From positions 1-27,489 of the forward strand of contig JBHLRV010000001.1 in the NCBI GenBank assembly GCA_048882205.1: a stretch of 27,489 nt of DNA. The letters are read 5' to 3'. Below, piece by piece: positions 1-7,893 of the stretch. Position numbers and translations under genes: made by a program. The notes beneath the pieces are model-generated. The model was not told the DNA's origin. It did not search any database and worked only from the letters and a program-made list of their open reading frames with translations. Each line of letters starts with the position of its first letter. The first letter of the stretch is position 1. Source of the stretch: Candidatus Thorarchaeota archaeon. Its GTDB lineage: Archaea; Asgardarchaeota; Thorarchaeia; Thorarchaeales; Thorarchaeaceae.

Positions 1-42
1 TTCACATAGAGATTGTGTCATGAGTCTGAAGAGCAGAATCAA

Positions 43-1851
43 TTAGGGCATATCTATCACATCAAGAGGGTCTATTGGCTCTACAGTTTCACCCTCTTCT
101 CTCAACCTCAAAATAGCAAGCTCGTAGGCTTTCAGAACGTCCGCCTTTGTAATGAAGCCAACCATCACATTGGGTATTCTTGGATCCACCACGACAGCAT
201 GTCCTTCGTTTCTTTCCAGCATGGTATGCAATACGCTGTCCATTGAGCTGTGTGGACTGATGCGCAAGAAGTCTGTACTCATCACATCTCTGACCAGTGG
301 TTCACAGTCATCATCTCTATCACAGAACAGATCTTCGGTGATCAGAGTTCCAACAATAAGCCCTTCAGCACTTACCACTGGGAATTTCGTATGCTGAGTT
401 TCATCTACTATCTGCAAAACCTGATCCCTTGCCATATCTGGACTGAGCACGGTGGGGGTTTCAGTCATCACATGGGCGACCTTGGCTTCTTTCAACGCAC
501 CAATGTAGAAACCTCGTCGCAGCCGGACACCTCTTCTCGACAGTTTGAGAGTATAGATGCTCTCTTCCTCGATTGAGGAAGCAATCAGGAATGAAGTTGA
601 TACGGCAATCATCAGCGGGAGAATCATTGAGTAGTCGGCCGTCATCTCCATGATGATTACTATACATGTGATCGGAGCTCTTCCCGTTCCGGCGAATAAT
701 GCCGCCATTCCAACGAGTGCAAAGCCTACAGGCTGTGGGACCACTTCAGGAAGAAGAGTCGAGAAGGTCACTCCGAATGCGCCTCCTAGAGCCGTACCTA
801 TGAAAAGGGTGGGGGCAAAGACACCACCCGATCCACCAGAGCCGAGCGTGAATGAAGTAGCCAGAGCCTTCAGAAGCCCAAATACAACTAATGCCGCTAC
901 AGATACACTCCCAATCAAGGCAGCATCTACAAAAGCATAGCCCACTCCCATAATCGCTGGAAAGTATGGGTCGCCGTCGAATAGACCTGCATAGGAGAAG
1001 GAGTCCTCCATGAGGAGCACAGCCACAGCAAGTGCTCCTACCATCAAACCGCCAATTACTGGAAGAATATGCCTCGGAGTCTTCAGGCGCTCAAACAAGT
1101 CCTCGACAGCATAGAATCCTCTGGTCCACAACACACTGGCAATACCAAGCAGAAGGCCCAACAAAAGGTATAGTATGAGTTCAAAATAGTTATTCAGAAG
1201 CAGGATCGGGGCCTGAAACGATGGCTGCGTTCCCAGAATCCAACCCGCAAGTGCTGTCGCCACAACAGAGGAAAGAATCACAGGGATAATCGAGAATCCC
1301 ACTATTCCGCCTGCAATCACTTCAATGCCAAAGAGAGTTCCTCCAAGAGGTGCGTTGAATGTGGCTGCAATGCCTGATGCCACTCCACAGACAACCAGTG
1401 TCTTGGTCATTCGTTTATCGAGTTTCAGAGAACTCGCAATGGCTGAACCTATACCACCGCCAATCTGCGCGATAGGCCCCTCTCGCCCGCAGGAACCTCC
1501 CGAACCAATCGTCATTGCTGAAGCCAGACTCTTCAGAAGAGGAACTCTCATCCGCATTCTTCCTCCTCGAAATGAGTATGCCTCCACTATTTCCGGCACA
1601 CCATGTCCTTTCGCCTCAGGCACATAGTTCTGTACTATGAAACCAACCACTAGACCACCCACTGCTGGGACAATGAGCCAGCCCCAAACACCGAGTAGTT
1701 GTGGCACTACTACAGACAATGAGCTAGTTCCCAGTATCAACCATCTGAAGCCGACTGCTACCAATCCCGAAACCACACCCACAACAGCCCCAAGTCCATA
1801 GATTCGCACCTGTTTCCTCATGATTCCGCTTTCTAGCATGTATTCGGTCAC
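43..1851 (-). CDS. CLC family chloride channel / Cl-/H+ antiporter with C-terminal CBS pair
   Basis: CLC motifs GHGVPE, GREGP (gating Glu), LFGIE (proton Glu), GGVFAP and IYT, then two CBS repeats. Start is uncertain (GTG 1851, ATG 1839 or ATG 1821). Confidence 0.93.
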   Translation of the reverse strand: MTEYMLESGIMRKQVRIYGLGAVVGVVSGLVAVGFRWLILGTSSLSVVVPQLLGVWGWLIVPAVGGLVVGFIVQNYVPEAKGHGVPEIVEAYSFRGGRMRMRVPLLKSLASAMTIGSGGSCGREGPIAQIGGGIGSAIASSLKLDKRMTKTLVVCGVASGIAATFNAPLGGTLFGIEVIAGGIVGFSIIPVILSSVVATALAGWILGTQPSFQAPILLLNNYFELILYLLLGLLLGIASVLWTRGFYAVEDLFERLKTPRHILPVIGGLMVGALAVAVLLMEDSFSYAGLFDGDPYFPAIMGVGYAFVDAALIGSVSVAALVVFGLLKALATSFTLGSGGSGGVFAPTLFIGTALGGAFGVTFSTLLPEVVPQPVGFALVGMAALFAGTGRAPITCIVIIMEMTADYSMILPLMIAVSTSFLIASSIEEESIYTLKLSRRGVRLRRGFYIGALKEAKVAHVMTETPTVLSPDMARDQVLQIVDETQHTKFPVVSAEGLIVGTLITEDLFCDRDDDCEPLVRDVMSTDFLRISPHSSMDSVLHTMLERNEGHAVVVDPRIPNVMVGFITKADVLKAYELAILRLREEGETVEPIDPLDVIDMP

Positions 1852-2018
1852 CTTCTGTCCAAGACTGAAAACAAATGAACTGTAGTTTGGCTGTCAACAC
1901 AGAATCCGGTTCCGGGAGTCTGGGGCAGTCACGAATTGCCAGATAATCCCGAGTCTCTCTTAAACATTCCCGCGCTGCAAATCCATCGTTCAAGAATCAA
2001 CGTTGAATCCGAATGGGG

Positions 2019-2334
2019 TGCAGCGGCCCCGCAGCGTCGATCGTCCTTTTTCTCAGTGCTATCTAACACCTTTCTCAAAGCAGCGCCCTCTGGGGCTCCA
2101 CCACCTAGTCTTAGGGCTGTTCCCGCCAGGGCCTGACCCGTTTCGACATTTTGAGCACACTCACAGCAGTCCTACGACTGTTGCTGTGGCTGTGACAGAC
2201 TCCAGAGACTGCTCGTCAACGTCCAGTGAAAGGACACATGAGCGTCCGGGTTCGTCCTCAGCGTTGGTTACTAGTCCCGGCTATTGCCATACCGGCTACA
2301 GGTCGCGGCAAACGACCCGACCCTACCCGCTGCA
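2019..2334 (-). ncRNA. ffs: Archaeal SRP (7S) RNA
   Basis: On the minus strand the termini pair (UGCAGCGG/CCGCUGCA, helix 1). Alu domain: GGUCG/CGACC, UGUAG, CCGG/CCGG, with complementary loops UUGCC/GGCAA. Helix 6 is CAGUC-GUAG-GACUG (GNAR loop). Helix 8 is GGGU-CAGG-CCC-UGGC-GGG-AACA-GCCC. Length 316 nt. Confidence 0.93.
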
Positions 2335-2357
2335 ATAGAATCTGGAATCAGTTCTCG

Positions 2358-2364
2358 TAAAAAC
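2358..2364 (-). promoter_or_regulatory. Putative TATA box of the SRP RNA gene
   Basis: Minus-strand TTTTTA ends 23 nt upstream of the helix-1 start, which is the archaeal TATA spacing. Confidence 0.5.
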
Positions 2365-2380
2365 ATTCCGAAGTCATCAT

Positions 2381-4177
2381 CTAGACGAATGAACCTGTCG
2401 CTCTCTTTATCTCCGTAATCTCCTGTAAAACCTCAACCTCAGAAGGCGTAAGGTCATCTAGGAACTTCTTTCTCATAACCAGAATGTGCTTGTCAGGAAC
2501 GTCAGAATAGAGGGTCTGGTCATTCTTCACCTGTCTACCTATAGTGGGACCCCTGATAGACACAGCAACCTCCATGCCATTTGTGGCTTCGTCTATGGTC
2601 ACGCTCCTGTCCTGAATCTGCAGAATCGTGCCAATACGTTTCCCTTCGGAGTTGATCAGCCCGATCCTTGGTCTTATGATGCCGTGGATTCTTACTCCCA
2701 CTATTGCCGGGTCCTTCTGCCTAAAGACATACTCGGGCATCAACTCGATTTTACCAGGTCTGATTATTGCACTGAGAAACTCAGCCTTTGCCTGTTCCCT
2801 CTTGACAATCAACCAAGCATTATACTCATCATAGAGTCGATAGATGACCTCATTGAGGAAGGTTTCTACTCCGTACTCTGCCGCCAAGTCTTCTATGTCA
2901 GGGGCGAATTTCACGTTGAATCCCAGAACAACCGCATTCAGAGGGTCAGTGTCTCCGGCGGCCTTGGCCTCCACAACGTCGCGTTTCACTATCGTACCTA
3001 CATCTGCTACGCGTACTGGGACATTTCGGTCTTGCAGGAACTTGGTGACCGCTTCTAACGAGCCAAGAGTATCAGTCTTTACCACGATTCCAGAAGAGTC
3101 TCGCTGAATTCGTATCGAACTGACCTCTTCTTGCACTTTCTGCTTAATAGCGTCCAGCTCATCCAAACTCTCCACTGCATAGACCGGCGCACCAGCCACC
3201 GCCCCTTCTATGTCTGGTGCCACTATCTTCACGCCTGCTGCTGCATGCACCCCTTCAACCGGGTTGAACTTCTCCTTCGGATCCCGAATCTCGTCAAGTT
3301 CCTTTGGCTGTAGCAGAGCTCTGATCTTCGCAACAATGACGCCGTCAAGACCACCTACGACTATTGTGTCAGTCTTCTTCAGAATACCTTCATAGATGAT
3401 GGTATCCAAAGTCATTCCAAGTCCTGTTTCTTCTCTAACCTCTAGTATCGCTCCCCTTGCTGGGCCGTCTGATATCTGAAGCCTGTCTTTCATGTATTGT
3501 TGAGTAAGACCAGAAAGGACCATGAGAAGTTCTGGAATCCCGGTCCCGGTCTTTGCACTAGTGGGCACAATGGCAACGGACTTTGAGAAGTCTTCTACTC
3601 TATCGAACCTTTCCGAATCAAACCCATTGGCTGAGAGTGCACCCACAATCTCATAGAGACGCCGATCAACCTCTGTCTGAGTGCTCGTCCCTTGTGCCTT
3701 GATTGCCTGAAAGAGATTCATGTCAGGTTTCTCTCTCCAGCCGGGGACCTTGTCCAGCTTGTTTGCAGCCACAAGGAAAGGAGTCTTCCCGGACTGAAGA
3801 ATCTTTAATGATTCATACGTCTGCGTCAGAGCGCCCTCATTGATGTCTATGACAAGGATCGCTATGTCTGCTATTGCTCCTCCTCTTCTTCTGAGATTCA
3901 AGTACGCCTCGTGACCAGGAGTATCGATAAACAAGAGACCGTCAATTGTCAATTCAGTCTTCACGCTCTCAAGAAGATCACCGCAGATTGACTGAATTGT
4001 TTCCGTTGGGAAGAACGAAGCTCCTATGTGCTGAGTTATTCCTGCGGCCTCTCGGTCCTGAACTGCCGTACCACGCATCTTGTCTAAGAGGGAAGTCTTG
4101 CCGTGGTCGATGTGACCAAGCACAGTAACAATGGGGGAGCGCAACTTGGCACTTGGTCCTGACTCAGCTTTAGTCAT
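2381..4177 (-). CDS. infB: Translation initiation factor aIF5B (IF-2)
   Basis: LRSPIVTVLGHIDHGKTSLLD, GITQHIGASF, DTPGHEAY, NKLD, TSAKTG and later IF5B domains. Start placed at ATG 4177 rather than 4213. Confidence 0.97.
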   Translation of the reverse strand: MTKAESGPSAKLRSPIVTVLGHIDHGKTSLLDKMRGTAVQDREAAGITQHIGASFFPTETIQSICGDLLESVKTELTIDGLLFIDTPGHEAYLNLRRRGGAIADIAILVIDINEGALTQTYESLKILQSGKTPFLVAANKLDKVPGWREKPDMNLFQAIKAQGTSTQTEVDRRLYEIVGALSANGFDSERFDRVEDFSKSVAIVPTSAKTGTGIPELLMVLSGLTQQYMKDRLQISDGPARGAILEVREETGLGMTLDTIIYEGILKKTDTIVVGGLDGVIVAKIRALLQPKELDEIRDPKEKFNPVEGVHAAAGVKIVAPDIEGAVAGAPVYAVESLDELDAIKQKVQEEVSSIRIQRDSSGIVVKTDTLGSLEAVTKFLQDRNVPVRVADVGTIVKRDVVEAKAAGDTDPLNAVVLGFNVKFAPDIEDLAAEYGVETFLNEVIYRLYDEYNAWLIVKREQAKAEFLSAIIRPGKIELMPEYVFRQKDPAIVGVRIHGIIRPRIGLINSEGKRIGTILQIQDRSVTIDEATNGMEVAVSIRGPTIGRQVKNDQTLYSDVPDKHILVMRKKFLDDLTPSEVEVLQEITEIKRATGSFV

Positions 4178-4329
4178 AGGTGACACATCACAAGCAGACT
4201 TGCAGCCGAGCACGTGCCTATGTTTATGAAACTATTGCTTGGGCTAGCCAGTCTGAAGTGCCCGGTCACAAGCCTAAAATAGCCCTAACCAGCGTCGCGA
4301 CACCGAAACAAGTACCAGAAGTGAGAATC

Positions 4330-4992
4330 ATGGAGAGCTCGCTCGTAATAATCAAGCCTGACGGTGCAGTTAGGAGAACCATCGGTGCCCTAGTCCTCAA
4401 GGATCTCATGGAGCGCGGCTATCGTGTCAAGGCGTTCAAGGAGATGCAGGTCACCGAGTCGTTGGCCAAACTGCACTACGACGTACACAAGGAGAAACCT
4501 TTCTTCTCGTGGCTGGTCCAATTCATCACTTCTGCTCGTGTTCTTGCCATGATTCTTGAAGCTGAAGGTGTAATCCAAGGGGTCAGAAACGCCCTTGGTG
4601 CCACATTTGTGCAGAAGGCAACGCCAGAGTCGCTTCGCGGCAAGTACGGAGTATGGTCTGGAATCAACATCGCGCATGCATCTGATGGCCCCGAAACTGC
4701 AGCAACTGAAATCAGACTTTGGATCGAAGAGGGCGGATTGGTTGAGTCTGACGATGCGGAGAGTGCTGCTCACAGCTATGTCGAGAAGTATGCCTCAACA
4801 GATCTGGACTATACCGGAGAGATCCGCGACCTAGTACGTCTGTCAATCGAGAGGGGTGATATTTCACCTACTGTGCTAGAATCATTGGAAGAGCTCTTTG
4901 GCAAGGACAGTGAAGGAATCGATGAGAGCGAAATCAAGGCTCTCGCTCTGGCTGTCTTTGCCTTCGTAAAAGAAGAGATCGAGAAGCAATAG
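4330..4992 (+). CDS. ndk: Nucleoside diphosphate kinase with an 89-aa C-terminal tail
   Basis: IIKPDG, HYDVHKEKPFF, GAT..., SLRG and NIAHASD (catalytic His). Start at ATG 4330. Confidence 0.94.
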   Translation: MESSLVIIKPDGAVRRTIGALVLKDLMERGYRVKAFKEMQVTESLAKLHYDVHKEKPFFSWLVQFITSARVLAMILEAEGVIQGVRNALGATFVQKATPESLRGKYGVWSGINIAHASDGPETAATEIRLWIEEGGLVESDDAESAAHSYVEKYASTDLDYTGEIRDLVRLSIERGDISPTVLESLEELFGKDSEGIDESEIKALALAVFAFVKEEIEKQ

Positions 4993-5052
4993 AAGCATCT
5001 GGTGGCACGCTGAGTACCACCTGAGTCAGTCCTAATCTCTGGCAAGAGTGGG

Positions 5053-5250
5053 TTATCGGGCCTTACCGCCCTTCTCAAAGCCCGCAGTCCACTTGGTAGC
5101 TCTTGGCTTCATCTTACGCTTCAGCCGGGCCACTTTGCACTTATTGGAACAGAACCATAGCACTGCACCGTCCTTTGTCTGAACAAAAGCCGAACCTGTA
5201 CCTGGTTCGATGTCCTTTCCACAGAAGACGCATTTCTGAGTACCTACCAT
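5053..5250 (-). CDS. rpl24e: 50S ribosomal protein L24e
   Basis: CVFCGKDIEPGTG...FCSNKC zinc/TRASH motif and the KWT motif. Confidence 0.96.
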   Translation of the reverse strand: MVGTQKCVFCGKDIEPGTGSAFVQTKDGAVLWFCSNKCKVARLKRKMKPRATKWTAGFEKGGKAR

Positions 5251-5252
5251 GG

Positions 5253-5483
5253 TCAGCGCCTTCTCATTTTACGGGCCTCACGTTCGGTTTCACGCAGAAT
5301 GAGAATGTCCCCCATTCTGACTGGCCCCTTCACGTTACGTGTGAGGACTCGTCCCTTGTCCCTGCCATCCAGTATCTTCACACGAACCTGAGTGATCTCC
5401 CCTGTTACACCAGTTCTTCCCAGCAACTGGATAACTTCAGCCGGTATAGCAGGAGTTTCGATTTCATCATCTTTCTTGCTCAT
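5253..5483 (-). CDS. rps28e: 30S ribosomal protein S28e
   Basis: [25 protein letters not shown]...[22 protein letters not shown]. Confidence 0.97.
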   Translation of the reverse strand: MSKKDDEIETPAIPAEVIQLLGRTGVTGEITQVRVKILDGRDKGRVLTRNVKGPVRMGDILILRETEREARKMRRR

Positions 5484-5503
5484 TGAAAGCCATCACCCAA
5501 GAG

Positions 5504-5875
5504 TTACTTACGTAGAGCACCAATCTTCTCGACGACGTCGGTAAGTAGGTCCTTTGCTTTCCCTTCGACAACAATGGCAACTGCGGCAGTGGGTCTCTCA
5601 ATCCCGGCGGCAATCCCAAGATCCCTCTTATTGGGCACGAAAATGTAGGGGGCCTTGCGGTCGTCGCAAAGACCTGGAAGGTACATAATCACCTCTGGGG
5701 GCTCCACATCTTCCGCAACAATCACCAGGCGGGCAAGTCCACGCTCAATGCTCTTTGTGGTTTCATTGATTCCTTTCTTAATACGGCCCGTGTCTTTGGC
5801 TATCTCTAGAGCCTCTAGGGCCTTCTTCTGAAGCTCTTCAGTAGCATCCCATTCTACAAATGACGGCTTTGGCAT
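5504..5875 (-). CDS. rpl7ae: Ribosomal protein L7Ae (K-turn binding)
   Basis: IKKGINETTKSIERG, IAEDVEPPEV-like and YIFVPNKRDLGIAAG motifs. Confidence 0.97.
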   Translation of the reverse strand: MPKPSFVEWDATEELQKKALEALEIAKDTGRIKKGINETTKSIERGLARLVIVAEDVEPPEVIMYLPGLCDDRKAPYIFVPNKRDLGIAAGIERPTAAVAIVVEGKAKDLLTDVVEKIGALRK

Positions 5876-5880
5876 TTTTC

Positions 5881-5905
5881 TACCTCTGTTCGCACTTCAT
5901 TGGTA
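5881..5905 (-). promoter_or_regulatory. Kink-turn in the rpl7ae 5' leader overlapping the SD sequence
   Basis: mRNA UACC-AAU-GA-A-GU-GCGA-AC-A-GA-GGUA: C-stem UACC/GGUA, 3-nt bulge, tandem G.A/A.G pairs, GNRA cap. GAGGU lies 6 nt before the ATG. Confidence 0.8.
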
Positions 5906-5966
5906 TAGATACAAATCGGACGCACCCATCTCCGGATGCGTTCTCACCCGCCCAATCTCAAGTTTC

Positions 5967-5974
5967 TTTTAAAA
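5967..5974 (-). promoter_or_regulatory. Putative TATA box of the rpl7ae operon
   Basis: TTTTAAAA about 25 nt upstream of the leader hairpin at 5921-5940. Confidence 0.55.
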
Positions 5975-6015
5975 CTGTCGAAGTGTCGTAGGCTGCTCTC
6001 TTCTGTTCGAGAGCT

Positions 6016-7017
6016 TCACTCCTTGGAATATCCGAGGTGCGTGAGGGCCTTCAAGAGATCTGCGTCCTCAACCTCAAGATGTTGTAGAACCGAATATCGA
6101 TTTCTACGTTTCATAATGTCAAGGGCATGATGCACATGGTCGAGAAGTTGGTCATTTGAAACATCTAGATTCTCAAGCCTTACAGGCATCTTTCTCTCAG
6201 TTAGGAATTTATACATGTCCTCAGCTTTGTAGTCCGTATAGCCCGTTTCACGGAGGTAGTATAGACACAGTGGAGTCGCAAAGGCAACCTGAAGACCATG
6301 GAGCTCGACAGACTGCCTGTCCATCGCATGAGAAATCGCATGTTCTGTACCTGAGCAGGGCCTGGAGCTGCCAAAGATACTCATGGCCCTTCCTGCGTCT
6401 ATCTCTGCCCTGACCAATGTTTCCAGACTATCACCGTTCAATACAGACTCTAGTGCAGACTCGACCAACGCATAGACTCTCTTCTCAAAGGGCTCATTGC
6501 GTTCTTCATGTGCCAGCCGCCATTCTCCTAGGCTGGAGGCCTTTGAGATGATGTCCCCAATCCCAGCAAGCCTGAGTTTCGGTGGAGCCCTCTCGATTAT
6601 CGAGAGATCTGCTATGACACCAATAGGACTCTTGCACTTTACTGAATACCTGTATCCATCATGACTCACAGAAGCAACATCACTGGCTATTCCATCGTGT
6701 GAGGCGGCTGTTGGCACTGCAATCCAGTCTAGTCCTGTGTCCCTAGCCAACAGTTTGGCAGTGTCTAGGCTTCTACCGCCTCCAAATCCGAGTATTACAT
6801 CCCTGTCAAGGACCTTCGAAGGGACATCCTCCTCATACTCAGATACAAGGAGCCAGGTCTGTTCTTGTCCTATGAGGTCTTCAAAACTCTCCCTATACTC
6901 AGAATACAGGAGGTCATCAGTGACGAATACTGGTCGCTGGTAGTCCTCCAAGAAGTCATCCACTTTACTTAGAGCCCCTTTCTCAATAACGATGAAATGG
7001 GGGTCTACAGTGGACAT
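6016..7017 (-). CDS. egsA: sn-glycerol-1-phosphate dehydrogenase (archaeal lipid backbone)
   Basis: GGGRSLDTAK, VPTAASHDGIAS, SRPCSGTEHAISHA and HGLQVA (Zn-binding His residues). Confidence 0.88.
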   Translation of the reverse strand: MSTVDPHFIVIEKGALSKVDDFLEDYQRPVFVTDDLLYSEYRESFEDLIGQEQTWLLVSEYEEDVPSKVLDRDVILGFGGGRSLDTAKLLARDTGLDWIAVPTAASHDGIASDVASVSHDGYRYSVKCKSPIGVIADLSIIERAPPKLRLAGIGDIISKASSLGEWRLAHEERNEPFEKRVYALVESALESVLNGDSLETLVRAEIDAGRAMSIFGSSRPCSGTEHAISHAMDRQSVELHGLQVAFATPLCLYYLRETGYTDYKAEDMYKFLTERKMPVRLENLDVSNDQLLDHVHHALDIMKRRNRYSVLQHLEVEDADLLKALTHLGYSKE

Positions 7018-7221
7018 CTGATCAACTCCTCACTGATGGCCGCCGCCCGATTGTTAAGCCCTTCTATTAGGCGCCGAACTTCCGTTGTCCTGAGCCATTA
7101 CAGCAGTCTTAAGTAGTACACGGACCCGGCGCCGTGGCAATAGCCAGTGTTACCTAGAAAACACATCAGCTGATATCTTCGCGCACCGCAACTGACGTAT
7201 TGACCCTTGGAGTCAAGCAAC

Positions 7222-7719
7222 ATGACCCGATACATCAAGGTCGCCCTGATGGGTTCCGGATATGCAGGCAAGTCCACACTCATCAAGCTTCTCACTGACA
7301 ACACCGAGAATCTCAAGGCGAACTATCAGCCCACGGTCGGCTGTGACGTGGGTACGATCACCATTGATGATACCACGAAGGTCACGCTCTTCGAGATGGG
7401 GGGTCAATCTCACTTTGAGTTCATGTGGGCCAGCTTTCTTAGAGGGAGTAAGATGGTCCTCGTGGTCACTGAGAGCAATCCAAAGGCCGTCCTGAAGACT
7501 CGTCAACTACTCCACAAGTACAAGGACAAGCTGAGTGGAGCACAAGTGATTGCGATAGCCAACAAACAGGACATTCCGGGGTCAATGAAGCCTCGGTCTG
7601 TTGAGGACCTTCTTGGTGTTCCCACTTATGGAATGGTTGCCATTGATCCAAAACAGCGCCTTGATGGATACAAACTGATTGTCAATGGTCTCAAGGACAT
7701 GGTACAGATAGCAGCCTAG
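7222..7719 (+). CDS. Ras-superfamily (Arf/Rab-like) small GTPase
   Basis: G1 GSGYAGKST, G2 YQPTVG, G3 variant EMGGQ, G4 ANKQD. No N-terminal amphipathic helix or CAAX tail seen. Start at ATG 7222. Confidence 0.9.
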   Translation: MTRYIKVALMGSGYAGKSTLIKLLTDNTENLKANYQPTVGCDVGTITIDDTTKVTLFEMGGQSHFEFMWASFLRGSKMVLVVTESNPKAVLKTRQLLHKYKDKLSGAQVIAIANKQDIPGSMKPRSVEDLLGVPTYGMVAIDPKQRLDGYKLIVNGLKDMVQIAA

Positions 7720-7737
7720 ATAGCCGTTATTTGCGAA

Positions 7738-7753
7738 AGGACTGCGAAGTCCT
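7738..7753 (+). terminator. GNRA-capped hairpin after the GTPase gene (possible 3' end structure)
   Basis: AGGACT-GCGA-AGTCCT, a perfect 6-bp stem 18 nt after the stop. No U-tract follows directly. Confidence 0.35.
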
Positions 7754-7763
7754 AAGGTAACGC

Positions 7764-7770
7764 TTTTAAA
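7764..7770 (+). promoter_or_regulatory. Putative TATA box of the rpoD operon
   Basis: TTTTAAA about 125 nt upstream of the rpoD ATG. SD AGGTGA at 7884-7889. Confidence 0.55.
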
Positions 7771-7893
7771 CAGACTTCCTTCTGAGGAAACTGCCCAGGG
7801 CATGGGCGACAGAGCTACCTGAACTCGACTCTCGTAGCGAGTCCGTCCGGGATAATGTGTTTTGGGTGAACACCTCTACGGTCAGGTGAGTCA

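Noticed and set aside
1852-2018. Fluoride riboswitch / CLC-F fluoride exporter
   Set aside because: No crcB-motif consensus is visible upstream, and the protein has GHGVPE/GREGP rather than the CLC-F GNNLI/GREG(T/V) signatures.
2019-2334. RNase P RNA as the identity of the structured intergenic RNA
   Set aside because: No GAGGAAAGUCC or 3' P4 signature. The Alu, helix 6 and helix 8 features fit SRP RNA.
2348-2380. C/D-box-like pair (AUGAUGA ... CUGA) on the minus strand after infB
   Set aside because: Only 22 nt separate the boxes, with no D'/C' boxes. The interval holds the likely SRP TATA box, so chance is the simpler explanation.
2381-2410. Possible truncation or frameshift of the aIF5B C-terminus (ends ATGSFV)
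   Set aside because: Domain IV is complete and the length is normal. No alternative frame is needed.
7119-7216. Several short hairpins or palindromes upstream of the GTPase, and an 11-mer (TGGCAATAGCC) shared with the SRP RNA
   Set aside because: Stems are only 5 bp, and 11-mer matches are expected by chance in 27 kb.
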